Assembly (NCBI RefSeq): GCF_000012285.1
Contig: NC_007181.1
Location: 1,440,001-1,472,000 of the forward strand
Reading direction: 5' to 3'
DNA: 32,000 nt
From: Sulfolobus acidocaldarius DSM 639
Lineage (GTDB): Archaea > Thermoproteota > Thermoprotei_A > Sulfolobales > Sulfolobaceae
The number at the start of each line of letters is the position of its first letter. Position 1 is the stretch's first letter. This document shows positions 16,411 to 25,795 of this stretch, piece by piece. The notes below the pieces were generated by a model that did no database searches, was not told where the DNA came from, and saw only the letters and a list, made by a program, of their open reading frames with translations. The position numbers and the translations under genes were made by a program.

Positions 16411-17242
16411 TTTTGATCACCTCTAAGTACACGTCCTCTAAACTTGGTGCCCTCACTTCAAATTTTCCATTTAGTTGTTGGATTATTCTCTTAACTTCAT
16501 CCTCTCCCTTAACCCTGTATACATTACCTGTTGAGTAATCTATGACCTCATACCAATTTGCGAATTTGTCCTTAACCTCGTTTGGTGTACCTTCTACTAT
16601 TATTTTTCTATATATGAAATAAATTCTATTTGCTAGTCGCTCTGCCTCTTCCAGGTAATGTGTAGTCAACAATATACTTTTACCCTCTTTCTTAAGCTTA
16701 AGTAATATATCCCAAACTTCCCTCCTGGCTTGAGGGTCTAAACCAGTTGTGGGCTCATCTAATATTATCAATTTTGGGTCATTAACAAGAGCCATGGAGA
16801 TTAATAACCTCCTCTTTAACCCACCAGACAAATCTCTCCCTAATGTTTTACCTTTATCTGACAATTCCAATTGTTCTAACAGTTCCTTAGTCCTCTCCTT
16901 TGCCCTTTCCTTATCTACTCCTTTAATCCTAGCCATATAATAGATGTTATCCCAAACAGTGAGGTCACCGTAAGGTTCACATTCCTGGGGAACCACTCCC
17001 ATATGTTTCTTTATTCCTCTGTCGGTAGGCTTAGATCCTAAAACTCTAATTTCCCCTTTATTCGGGTTCAGCTCCCCATAAAGTTGCTTCACCAGTGTTG
17101 TTTTCCCTGCACCATTGGGACCTAATAAAGCAACTATCTCTCCCTCTTCGATATTCATGGAAATGTTCTCGTTAGCCACAAATTTTCCGTATAACTTCCA
17201 TACGTTATTAACTTCTACTAACACAAATGTATCTGTATTCAT
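16391..17242 (-). CDS. ABC transporter ATP-binding protein (ABC-2/DrrA-like exporter subfamily)
   Basis: Walker A GPNGAGKTT, signature LSGGLKRRL, Walker B LIILDEPTTGLD, H-loop TTHYLEE. Confidence 0.9.
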   Translation of the reverse strand: MNTDTFVLVEVNNVWKLYGKFVANENISMNIEEGEIVALLGPNGAGKTTLVKQLYGELNPNKGEIRVLGSKPTDRGIKKHMGVVPQECEPYGDLTVWDNIYYMARIKGVDKERAKERTKELLEQLELSDKGKTLGRDLSGGLKRRLLISMALVNDPKLIILDEPTTGLDPQARREVWDILLKLKKEGKSILLTTHYLEEAERLANRIYFIYRKIIVEGTPNEVKDKFANWYEVIDYSTGNVYRVKGEDEVKRIIQQLNGKFEVRAPSLEDVYLEVIKSVQGVH

Positions 17243-17388
17243 GACTAATTAAATCTTAGCTAGTTTCTTTTACCCACAACGACCTAGGCATGTTTTTAAG
17301 TTTCCACAAAGGGCTTATTTTGGAGAAAAAAGGAGAAGATATGACTTGGAGATAGGGCAGGAGAGTCTCCTTCATCTTCTCAAGTCCC

Positions 17389-18834
17389 TTAATATTGTAA
17401 GTGGACTGCCTTTATCTTAGTATAGAAGTCTAAGGCTTCCTCACCTAACTCTTTATATACATCATTACCTGAACCTTTAAAACCTCCATAGGGCACCCAT
17501 TGGTCTAACTCAACTGTAGGTCTATTGACCTTTACAACCCCTGCTTCTACACCCTCACTGAACTTCATAGCCTCATTTAAGTTATTGGTCACTATTTCTG
17601 CTGTAAGACCGTAATCCGTTGAATTGACTATCTCTATTGCCTCGTCTAAGCTTTCATAAGTCATTATTGCCAAGACTGGACCGAAAATCTCTTCTTTAGC
17701 GATTCTCATATCTTTGGTTACATTATCGAATATTGTAGGCTTCACGAAATAACCATAGTCGTAGTCCTCCCCCTTAATAGGCTCACCTCCGTAAACTAGT
17801 TTAGCACCTTCATCCTTTCCTATTTCCACATAACCTAGCACTTTTTCGTACTGGTCTCTACTGGATAAAGGACCCATGTGAACAGGTTGTTTTAACGCAT
17901 TACCCACAACTAAGGACTTAAAGGACTCAGTCATTGCGTTTACAGCCTTATCATGCAACTCTTTTGGAACCAAGAACCTGGACGTGGCTAAACAAACTTG
18001 ACCAGTATTTACCATGACCGACCACGTAACATGTTCAATAGCTAAGTTGAAATCACCATTTTTGGTGAGAACTGTAGCATTTTTCCCTCCTAGCTCTAAC
18101 TGTAATCTGGTGAATCTATTTCCTATTTTACTATTTACTTCTCTCCCAACTTCTAGTGAACCCGTAAAGGAAACAGCCTTTATCTCCTTGTTTGTCACTA
18201 TTTCGTCTCCAACTTCTCTTCCTGACCCAGTAACTAAGTTCACTACACCCTCAGGTAAACCAGCCTCGTATAGTGCATTAACAAGCTCAAATGCAACTGT
18301 GGGAGTGTTGGATGCAGGTTTGAATACAACTGTATTCCCTGTAGCCAAAGCAGGAGCTATCTTCCAACCAGGGATTAGGAAAGGGAAATTCCATGGCGTT
18401 ATGATCCCTACAACCCCAATTGGCTCCCTTACGGTTAGGTGCATACTATTCTTCATACTGGACTGTAAGGTTTTGCCGTGGCTGTTTAGCGTTAACCCGC
18501 CATAGTATCTGAGCAAGGATGTGACTCTTTCCACTTCATACGCACTTTCTCCAAGGGTTTTTCCCTCTTCCATGGTCAAGGTCTTTGCAATCTCCTGCAT
18601 TCTAGATTCCAATATATCTGCGGTTTTGAAGAGGATCTTAGCCCTCTCATATGCTGTATATTCTCTCCACTTCTCATAGGACTCTTTTGCTATTTTGATC
18701 GCGTCTACGACATCTTTTCTGTGGAGACGTGGAAATTTTGACACAATTTCTCTATAGTCTGCTGGATTTCTTACTTCATACCACTCCCTGTCCACTGGTT
18801 TAACTAATTTACCTATATACACTCCTTTTTCCAA
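17389..18834 (-). CDS. NAD(P)+-dependent aldehyde dehydrogenase
   Basis: ITPWNFP, FTGS, LELGGKN (catalytic Glu), GQVCLATSR (catalytic Cys), EEIFGPV. Confidence 0.9.
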   Translation of the reverse strand: MEKGVYIGKLVKPVDREWYEVRNPADYREIVSKFPRLHRKDVVDAIKIAKESYEKWREYTAYERAKILFKTADILESRMQEIAKTLTMEEGKTLGESAYEVERVTSLLRYYGGLTLNSHGKTLQSSMKNSMHLTVREPIGVVGIITPWNFPFLIPGWKIAPALATGNTVVFKPASNTPTVAFELVNALYEAGLPEGVVNLVTGSGREVGDEIVTNKEIKAVSFTGSLEVGREVNSKIGNRFTRLQLELGGKNATVLTKNGDFNLAIEHVTWSVMVNTGQVCLATSRFLVPKELHDKAVNAMTESFKSLVVGNALKQPVHMGPLSSRDQYEKVLGYVEIGKDEGAKLVYGGEPIKGEDYDYGYFVKPTIFDNVTKDMRIAKEEIFGPVLAIMTYESLDEAIEIVNSTDYGLTAEIVTNNLNEAMKFSEGVEAGVVKVNRPTVELDQWVPYGGFKGSGNDVYKELGEEALDFYTKIKAVHLQY

Positions 18835-18901
18835 TATCTCACCTCAAAATATTTTCACTCGGATATATTTTTGTTTGTACATATATATTTAAACATTATT
18901 T

Positions 18902-18929
18902 TAATTATCTAAACCTGTCTAGATAATTA
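18902..18929. promoter_or_regulatory. 10-bp perfect inverted repeat TAATTATCTA-N8-TAGATAATTA, 68-95 nt upstream of the aldehyde dehydrogenase start
   Basis: Arms at 18902-18911 and 18920-18929 were checked base by base. It lies upstream of a TATA-like element near 18860. Confidence 0.3.
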
Positions 18930-19195
18930 GAGTAGTTACGTGACTTCTGATTAAGATAGAGCCTACAACCCTCTTTCTTTAGTTTTTTTCTTAGTTAGCT
19001 TATCATGTTATACATTAATTGTCTAATGACTAAACTACTATATTAGTAGTATATCTAAAAGAGTAGAAACCCAACTGTTCCAAGTGAAAAGAGATAGTAT
19101 AGAATGTTTATACACCTGATAAAGTGTTTTGGAAACGAAGAGATATGTATAAAAAATAAACAATAACTTCTTTATATTATATTCACAAAAACACT

Positions 19196-20647
19196 CTACA
19201 GCCCTGTAGCCAGTAATGCGAAATATATTATAAATAGTATTGTAATTATTATGCTTCCTAACTTTAGGTCTCTAAATTTACCTGAGGCTAGCTTCAAAAC
19301 AACATAACTTATGAAGCCTAATCCTATACCTGCTGTTATACTGTAAGTGAATGGGATCGAGATCATTGTAACAAATGCCGGTATAGTATCTGTCATATCA
19401 TTATTTGTAACCAGTTTACCAGCCAACGATAAGAAGAGTAAGCCAACTAGCACGAGAACCCCACCGGTGGCAAAGCCTGGGACTACAGAAAACAGTGGTG
19501 CTAGTGGAATTGATGCGAAGAAGAGAAGCGAAATCACAAGTGCAGTTAATCCGCTCTTTCCCCCTTGCTCTATTCCTGTAGCACTTTCTACATAAATTAC
19601 AGTTGTTGAAGTCCCAAAGAATGGAGCCAATATGGACGCAAGTGCATCAGAGATTAGCGTCCTGTTAATGTTCTTTATCTTCCCTTTTTCGTCTATAAGA
19701 CCAGCCTTCGTCGCTAAACCTGAAATGGTTCCAACTCCGTCAAAAAAGTCCACAAGGAAGAGGGAAAACGCTATCGGGAAGCCCAGTCCAAACAGCACAA
19801 AGTATAGGTAGAATGAAGTACTTAGGTTTGGAACAATAGATGTGGCAAAATCAGGAACTGTAAGGATAGCTGATGGAAGGCTAACATACCCCATTACCCC
19901 TCCTACCACAGTTGTGGCAATAATTGCGATTATGAATCCACCAATTACTCTTGCTATAAGTAGTGCAGCTGCAATGAAGAAGCTTACCAATCCTAGGTAG
20001 AAAGCTCCCTGAGATAATAGGGCGGTATTTAGCTGAATGGGTGTTCCCTGTCCAGGTTCTACTATACCAATATCCGCAAGTCCTATAAGCGAAATGAATA
20101 GCCCAATACCAATACCAATGCCAATCCTCAATGTCTCAGGGACAGAGTTTATTATAAACTCTCTTATCCCTCCAACAGAAAATATCAAAAAGAGTATACC
20201 ATTAAAAAATACTGAAATAAGGGAAAGGTATACTGCAAAGACTGCAGCTGATTCTCCCTGCATGTAGTGTGAGGTTATTAGTACATTTGTAAATGAAGGT
20301 ATAACAGTGTAAGCTATAAAGGCGTTTTCACCCATTCCTGGAGCTAGTCCAAATGGCATTTTTCCAAACAATGCCATAATCAATGTCGCTACAGCTGCTG
20401 CAGTGGCAGTTGCTACAGTGAAACCAATCCTTATAACATTGTCCAGAGACTGGTACGCTGCTGGTATAGGGGCAGTAGGAGAGAGTCCAAGTGATGTCCT
20501 CAGGGCTAGTTCAAATCCACCTGTAAGTATGGACGGATTTACAAACAATATGTATGCCATTGCTAGAAATGTCGTAATTCCCGCAATTGTTTCTGTTTTA
20601 AGATTCGTGTTCCTTGCTTTCAATTCAAAGAAGCTTGTAACACTCAT
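19196..20647 (-). CDS. NCS2-family purine permease (AzgA/PbuG-like adenine/guanine/hypoxanthine transporter)
   Basis: The N-terminal FELKARNTNLKTETIAGITTFLAMAYILFVNPSIL is the hallmark opening of AzgA-type permeases. Polytopic. Confidence 0.85.
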   Translation of the reverse strand: MSVTSFFELKARNTNLKTETIAGITTFLAMAYILFVNPSILTGGFELALRTSLGLSPTAPIPAAYQSLDNVIRIGFTVATATAAAVATLIMALFGKMPFGLAPGMGENAFIAYTVIPSFTNVLITSHYMQGESAAVFAVYLSLISVFFNGILFLIFSVGGIREFIINSVPETLRIGIGIGIGLFISLIGLADIGIVEPGQGTPIQLNTALLSQGAFYLGLVSFFIAAALLIARVIGGFIIAIIATTVVGGVMGYVSLPSAILTVPDFATSIVPNLSTSFYLYFVLFGLGFPIAFSLFLVDFFDGVGTISGLATKAGLIDEKGKIKNINRTLISDALASILAPFFGTSTTVIYVESATGIEQGGKSGLTALVISLLFFASIPLAPLFSVVPGFATGGVLVLVGLLFLSLAGKLVTNNDMTDTIPAFVTMISIPFTYSITAGIGLGFISYVVLKLASGKFRDLKLGSIIITILFIIYFALLATGL

Positions 20648-20687
20648 AAACTAGTTTAAAAGAGCTTAAGTTAAAAGTTTTTCTATC

Positions 20688-20744
20688 TTTATGTAAATAG
20701 TACAGTAGAGCTTAATACGATTTTTTTACTTGTTTATGTAAATA
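20688..20744. repeat. Two exact copies of TTTATGTAAATA (20688-20699, 20733-20744) upstream of the purine permease gene
   Basis: 12-bp direct repeat with 45-bp periodicity, read directly from the sequence. Confidence 0.5.
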
Positions 20745-20942
20745 CATGTTACGTTTTAGAACGTTGATTGGAGGACCCAAAGTAAGGAATTCATATGTAT
20801 TACTAAATTACATTTTGTACTTGAATCGGTAGGAGAAATTTAACATGAGTTTGTTAATGGACTTTTTAATATACCTGTTCAAGTAATGAGTAAGACACGA
20901 GTAAAAGTCGTGTATTTACTTTGGTCTTTTCTTCTTAAAAAT

Positions 20943-21917
20943 CTAGTTAATTAGTCTTATAGCCCTAAATATACCAAACTTTTTAGCTAATTCAGCCATA
21001 TCTCCTCTGACGAACCTTCCCATAAAATCTCCAAAGGACTCACTTCCAATTTTCACAATAACTGCTAACTGTTTGTACCTGAATTTATCCTCGTTACCAA
21101 TTGCATTCAGCATGGCTCTCTCTCCTGCTTGGACTGCAACTTGAGCTGACATAGGTATGAAACTTTTTGTAGTTGCACAATCACCAGCCCCATAAACATC
21201 CTCAAAGTCCTCAGACCTCAGATATTCATTAACTAGCATTCTGCTGTTGACGTTCGTTAGCCCCAATCTGCTTATTATTTCAGGTCCCTTAAATCCGACA
21301 CCTGATATTACTAAATCTGCTTTTAAATTACCGTTAGTAGTGACTAAGGTACCATTGTCAATTCCCTCAACCTTCGTTTTCAGATATAAATTAACCCCCA
21401 TTTCCTCCAACCTTCTTTTTGCGTACTCAGAGGAGTCCTTACTCATGAATCCTAATAACTTATCCCTTTCCTCCACTAGGTAAACTTCCTTTCCTAGCTC
21501 TCTAGCATAACCTGCAAGTTCAACAGAAAGAGCACCTCCTCCAAGTACTGCCACTTTTTTCGCCTTTCTTAACTTCTCTCTTATTCTTAATGCGTCCTCT
21601 ATGTTTTCTAACTTCTCTGAACCAGGTATGAGCCTTTGTGAATAGCCCAAGGTTATAATCAGCTTATCGTATGGTATGGTCCCTTCAGTAGTAATCACTT
21701 TTTTCTCCTTGAAGTCAACGCTTTTAACCGTAGCCCTTAACACTTTTCTGTAGGGCAACTTAGCTATTTCAGGGTTTCCAGTCCTGACTACATCAACTAG
21801 TCTGTGGGTTAATACAAAGTAGTCCTTTTCGTCAATTAAAATTGAATTTCTGTAAGTCTTCAACGCAGAAAGACCAGCAAAACCTCCCCCTAGGATGACA
21901 ACTCTCATAATATTCAA
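20943..21917 (-). CDS. FAD-dependent pyridine nucleotide-disulfide oxidoreductase (short NDH-II-like)
   Basis: VVILGGGFAG (FAD), VAVLGGGALSVELAG (NAD(P)H), GAGDCA. The start may be the ATG at 21908 (MRVVILGGG). Confidence 0.8.
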   Translation of the reverse strand: MNIMRVVILGGGFAGLSALKTYRNSILIDEKDYFVLTHRLVDVVRTGNPEIAKLPYRKVLRATVKSVDFKEKKVITTEGTIPYDKLIITLGYSQRLIPGSEKLENIEDALRIREKLRKAKKVAVLGGGALSVELAGYARELGKEVYLVEERDKLLGFMSKDSSEYAKRRLEEMGVNLYLKTKVEGIDNGTLVTTNGNLKADLVISGVGFKGPEIISRLGLTNVNSRMLVNEYLRSEDFEDVYGAGDCATTKSFIPMSAQVAVQAGERAMLNAIGNEDKFRYKQLAVIVKIGSESFGDFMGRFVRGDMAELAKKFGIFRAIRLIN

Positions 21918-22256
21918 TCTATTCTTGAGGGATTTAAAATCCTTCTACACAACACGTTTAAACTTGATATTCGTTAAAAAGTATAAGTATAAAGAAGGGA
22001 ATACTCTAATAACTTATCAGAGATGACATATAATATAACAGGGAATCTGCGAAAATTTTTAAAATAACTAGAAGATAAAGTCTAAGTTTTTAGTCTTTGA
22101 ATTAATTAATTTAAATATTCATTTATGGATTCTCCAGCTGTATAAAATATATTAATTTTTGGATACAACCTTTTTTACATAGGATCTTTGTCACAAAAAG
22201 AGAATTTTGGGTTGGATAAGATTAAAATTTTTACAAACCCAATACACTCTTTAGTA

Positions 22257-23306
22257 ATGAAAGCCATTATACTTCACGGCGGTCAGGGGACTAGACTAAG
22301 ACCTTTAACACACACAGGACCAAAGCAACTCATCAAGATCGCCGGCAAACCCATATCCTTATGGGGCGTTTTATCACTGAGGGATATAGGCATAAGAGAC
22401 TTTGGGATTATACTTGGGAATAACCACCCAGAAAAGGTGATCGAGTATTATGGTGATGGATCAAAATTCGGCATAAAGGTTACGTATATATATCAGGGAG
22501 AGGCAAGAGGTCTAGCTGATGCTATTTACAAGGTAAAAGACTTTGTAAAAGACGATAATTTCATAGTATATTTAGGCGATAACGTGGTTCTTGAGGGGTT
22601 AGACAAACTCGTTAGTTTCAACAGTTCAGCATCAATACTCCTTGCAAGGGTGGATAATCCTAACCGTTTTGGTGTAGCTGTTATAAACAACGACAATAAG
22701 GTCGTGAGACTGGTCGAGAAACCTAAGGAGAGGATATCTGATTTAGCTCTTGTAGGTGTTTATACGTTTACCCCTGAAATTTTTCATGCAATTGAAAAGA
22801 TAAAGCCGAGTTGGAGAGGAGAACTTGAGATAACTGATGCAATTCAGGAACTTATTAATGAAGGTAAAGAGGTGTCCTACTCAATCATCAAGGGGTGGTG
22901 GAAGGACACTGGAACACCCGATGATCTATTGGAGGCAAATATGATCTTACTCGACAGGTACCTGGAAACTGTGAATAAAGGCAAAGTCGTCGACTCGAGA
23001 GTGGAGGGTAGAGTGGTAATAGACGAGGGAAGTGTAGTGGAGAAGTCTGTTATCAGAGGACCAGTGTATGTAGGGAAGAACTGTAAAATAAGGGGTTCTC
23101 ACATACTGCCCTTTACATCCATTGGCGATAATGTAGTGATCGAGGACTCAGAAGTGTCAAACTCGTTAATAATGGACGATGTTCAAATTAAGGGACTATC
23201 CATAACTCAATCATTAATTGGGAGTGGGGCAAGAGTCCTAAAGAAGGAGAATTTACCAACTGGTAGGATATTCATTATAGGTGAGAATTCTTTAGTGGAG
23301 GTATAG
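22257..23306 (+). CDS. rmlA: Glucose-1-phosphate thymidylyltransferase, long archaeal form with C-terminal left-handed beta-helix
   Basis: MKAIILHGGQGTRLRPLTHTGPKQLI nucleotidyltransferase motif. The C-terminus has hexapeptide-like repeats (VVDSRVEGRVVIDEGSVVEKSVIRGPVYVG...). The track's TTG at 22188 adds 23 non-conserved residues and is less likely. Confidence 0.85.
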   Translation: MKAIILHGGQGTRLRPLTHTGPKQLIKIAGKPISLWGVLSLRDIGIRDFGIILGNNHPEKVIEYYGDGSKFGIKVTYIYQGEARGLADAIYKVKDFVKDDNFIVYLGDNVVLEGLDKLVSFNSSASILLARVDNPNRFGVAVINNDNKVVRLVEKPKERISDLALVGVYTFTPEIFHAIEKIKPSWRGELEITDAIQELINEGKEVSYSIIKGWWKDTGTPDDLLEANMILLDRYLETVNKGKVVDSRVEGRVVIDEGSVVEKSVIRGPVYVGKNCKIRGSHILPFTSIGDNVVIEDSEVSNSLIMDDVQIKGLSITQSLIGSGARVLKKENLPTGRIFIIGENSLVEV

Positions 23307-23316
23307 GTGAGCTAAA

Positions 23317-24252
23317 TTGATCATGGTCACTGGTGGGGCTGGTTTTATTGGTTCTTCTTTTTCACGTGAAGTGAAAAAACCTGTGATCTTTGATCTATTA
23401 ACATATGCAGGGAGGTTAGAGAACCTAATAGGTGTAGACCATATATTTGTCAAAGGAGATATACGAAATTACAGTCAGTTGGAGGATACTGTAAAGAAAT
23501 ACGATATAAAAATTATTGTAAATTTTTCAGCAGAGACTCATGTTGATAGGTCAATAAATAACGCCCATATATTCTTAGACACTAATGTCTATGGAGTAGT
23601 AAACTTGTTAGAAATATGCAGAAGGTATGATACCCGCCTAGTTCAAATCTCAACTGACGAAGTTTACGGAGAACAGGAGAATGCTACAGAGGATTTTCCG
23701 CTGAGACCCTCTTCCCCTTACTCTGCATCTAAAGCTTCCGCCGACATGTTCATTTTAGCTTATGTTCGTACCTATGGAGTTGATGCAATAATTATTAGAC
23801 CATCAAACAATTACGGACCTAGACAACACATCGAGAAGCTAATTCCCAAAACCATTGTCAGGACACTGTTGGGACTTGAAATACCAATCTACGGTAAAGG
23901 TGATCAGGAAAGGGATTGGATATATGTTGAAGACACTGCAAAGGTTATCGCTCAATTAGTTGAAACAGGAAAGAAAGGTGAAATTTACAATGTACCAGGG
24001 GGTCAGAGGACAACTAATATAAAACTTGTCGAAATGATAGGTGAGTTAATGGGGAGGGAACCTAAGATAAAATTTGTTAAGGATAGACCTGGTCATGACA
24101 AAAAATACTCAATGGTTTCCACAAAATTGAGTTACAAAGTTACCCCCTTAAAGGAGGGACTGAGCAAGACAATTAAATGGTACCTGGAAAATGAGTGGTG
24201 GTGGAGACCACTTTTAAATGATGAATACTTTTTGAGGGAAACGTCATGGTGA
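23317..24252 (+). CDS. rmlB: dTDP-glucose 4,6-dehydratase
   Basis: VTGGAGFIGS, STDEVYG, YSASKASAD (SDR Y-x3-K). GGTGA SD upstream. ATG at 23323 is an alternative start. Confidence 0.9.
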   Translation: MIMVTGGAGFIGSSFSREVKKPVIFDLLTYAGRLENLIGVDHIFVKGDIRNYSQLEDTVKKYDIKIIVNFSAETHVDRSINNAHIFLDTNVYGVVNLLEICRRYDTRLVQISTDEVYGEQENATEDFPLRPSSPYSASKASADMFILAYVRTYGVDAIIIRPSNNYGPRQHIEKLIPKTIVRTLLGLEIPIYGKGDQERDWIYVEDTAKVIAQLVETGKKGEIYNVPGGQRTTNIKLVEMIGELMGREPKIKFVKDRPGHDKKYSMVSTKLSYKVTPLKEGLSKTIKWYLENEWWWRPLLNDEYFLRETSW

Positions 24253-25094
24253 CTCTAATAATCGGTGGCTCTGGACAACTAGGTCAGGAACTTGGAAAGT
24301 TAATAAAGGACAGTATACTCACCTTTAGCTCAAGACCAATTGAAGGTGGTATTTACTTAGATACACGGGACTACATAAGGGTAGAAGACTTGATCATGAA
24401 GACTAAACCTGAAGTTATCATAAACACATCTGCAATTACAGATGTGGACAAGTGCGAAGTGGATAGAATCAATGCGCATAGTGTAAATTCTTTGGCTGTG
24501 AAGCACATGGTAAGAGCGGCTTCAATAACTAAGTCATACTTCGTTCAAATATCTACAGATTATGTATTTGACGGAAACAGGGGGAACTATAATGAAGACG
24601 ATTTACCAAACCCTTTGAATTACTATGGGCTCACTAAGTTACTTGGAGAGACGTATTCTTTATCTTACGACTACTCACTTGTAATAAGGACTTCTGGGAT
24701 CTATGGGAGTAACAAGGAGAATTTTCCTCTTTATGTCTTGAAGTCACTGGAGAAGGGGAGTAAGGTAAGGGCAGTTTGGGATATGTATTACTCTCCTATT
24801 AATGTTAAACAACTAGCTGAGGCTATAGTACAGCTGTTACCTTTAAGGAAAACGGGTATTTTGAATATTGCTGGGGATAGGATATCAAGATATGACTTAG
24901 CCCTAAAAATTGCTAAAATGTCCTCTCTAAATGAAAACTTGATAGAAGCTGCTAGTTACGAAGAAATGTCGTGGAGGGCAAAAAGACCCAAGGACTCTTC
25001 CCTGGACTCGTCAACTGTTAAGAAATATGTGAGTGTCAATCTGTCCTTAGAGGAGGGATTAAGGAGGTTGATAAACGATGTTCAGAATAAATGA
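24246..25094 (+). CDS. rmlD: dTDP-4-dehydrorhamnose reductase
   Basis: IIGGSGQLG, STDYVFDG, YGLTKLLGE. It overlaps rmlB by 7 nt. Confidence 0.85.
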   Translation: MVTLIIGGSGQLGQELGKLIKDSILTFSSRPIEGGIYLDTRDYIRVEDLIMKTKPEVIINTSAITDVDKCEVDRINAHSVNSLAVKHMVRAASITKSYFVQISTDYVFDGNRGNYNEDDLPNPLNYYGLTKLLGETYSLSYDYSLVIRTSGIYGSNKENFPLYVLKSLEKGSKVRAVWDMYYSPINVKQLAEAIVQLLPLRKTGILNIAGDRISRYDLALKIAKMSSLNENLIEAASYEEMSWRAKRPKDSSLDSSTVKKYVSVNLSLEEGLRRLINDVQNK

Positions 25095-25632
25095 GAAAGA
25101 TATTCCTGATGTTCTTGTTATAGAGACCGATAAATATGAAGATGAGAGGGGGTTATTGATGGAGCTATTCAAGAGGTCTAACTTCATTTTCATCGATAGT
25201 ATAGTCCAAGTTAACTACTCTTACTCTAAGAAAGGGGTAATAAGGGGGTTACATTACCAACTAAAGCCCAAAGAACAGGGTAAACTAGTTACAGTGATCG
25301 ATGGTAAGATATACGATGTAGCTGTAGACATTAGAAGAGGATCACCGTGGTATGGAAAGTTTGTTAGCGAGATCTTAGTCCCAGGGAAGATGTTGTGGAT
25401 ACCGCCAGGTTTTGCTCACGGTTTTCAAGCTCTGGAGAACTCTCATGTTGTTTACTTCATCTCTGGAAACGATTTTTCTCCTCCCAGTGAGGCAGGAATA
25501 AGATATGACGACCCAGATATAGGAGTGAACTGGCCAATACAGAACCCTATCGTATCACAAAAGGACTTAAGGTGGCCTAGCCTTAAGGAGTGTAAAAACA
25601 ACTTTGAATATGTACCTCACAACAAGAAGTAA
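25078..25632 (+). CDS. rmlC: dTDP-4-dehydrorhamnose 3,5-epimerase
   Basis: Cupin with DERG, RGLHYQ and PPGFAHGF. It overlaps rmlD by 17 nt. Confidence 0.9.
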   Translation: MFRINEKDIPDVLVIETDKYEDERGLLMELFKRSNFIFIDSIVQVNYSYSKKGVIRGLHYQLKPKEQGKLVTVIDGKIYDVAVDIRRGSPWYGKFVSEILVPGKMLWIPPGFAHGFQALENSHVVYFISGNDFSPPSEAGIRYDDPDIGVNWPIQNPIVSQKDLRWPSLKECKNNFEYVPHNKK

Positions 25633-25795
25633 CATCAAAAGGATGTGTGACTTCCATACTCGCTCTTGGAATGCAGTGGTTAAGGTCTGAAAGACTGTGT
25701 TCTGTTATAGCGCTATAGAAACGTCACATATATGGTTTCAGGTAAATATGATTAGTTAGAAAAATTTTTAAAAGTAAATATTTCCTATACTACAT

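Noticed and set aside
18014-18505. ORF-track entries lying antisense inside well-supported genes. Examples: 169..450, 5107..5292, 5993..6268, 8369..8563, 8771..8965, 9541..9867, 10178..10381, 11586..11795, 13556..13792, 14775..15074, 16142..16357, 16749..16940, 18014..18505, 19347..19595, 20037..20267, 20403..20654, 21247..21483, 26628..26813, 27408..27749, 27789..27974, 29392..29610, 29761..29970, 30328..30570, 30373..30585, 31528..31764.
   Set aside because: Each is fully embedded in, or opposite to, a gene with strong family motifs. Their translations are low-complexity (S/P/T/L-rich) with no recognisable motifs, which is typical of shadow ORFs.
22188-22256. TTG start at 22188 for rmlA, as in the ORF track.
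   Set aside because: The 23 extra residues lie outside the conserved nucleotidyltransferase fold, which begins at MKAIILHGG. The ATG at 22257 has an A/T-rich element about 25 nt upstream.
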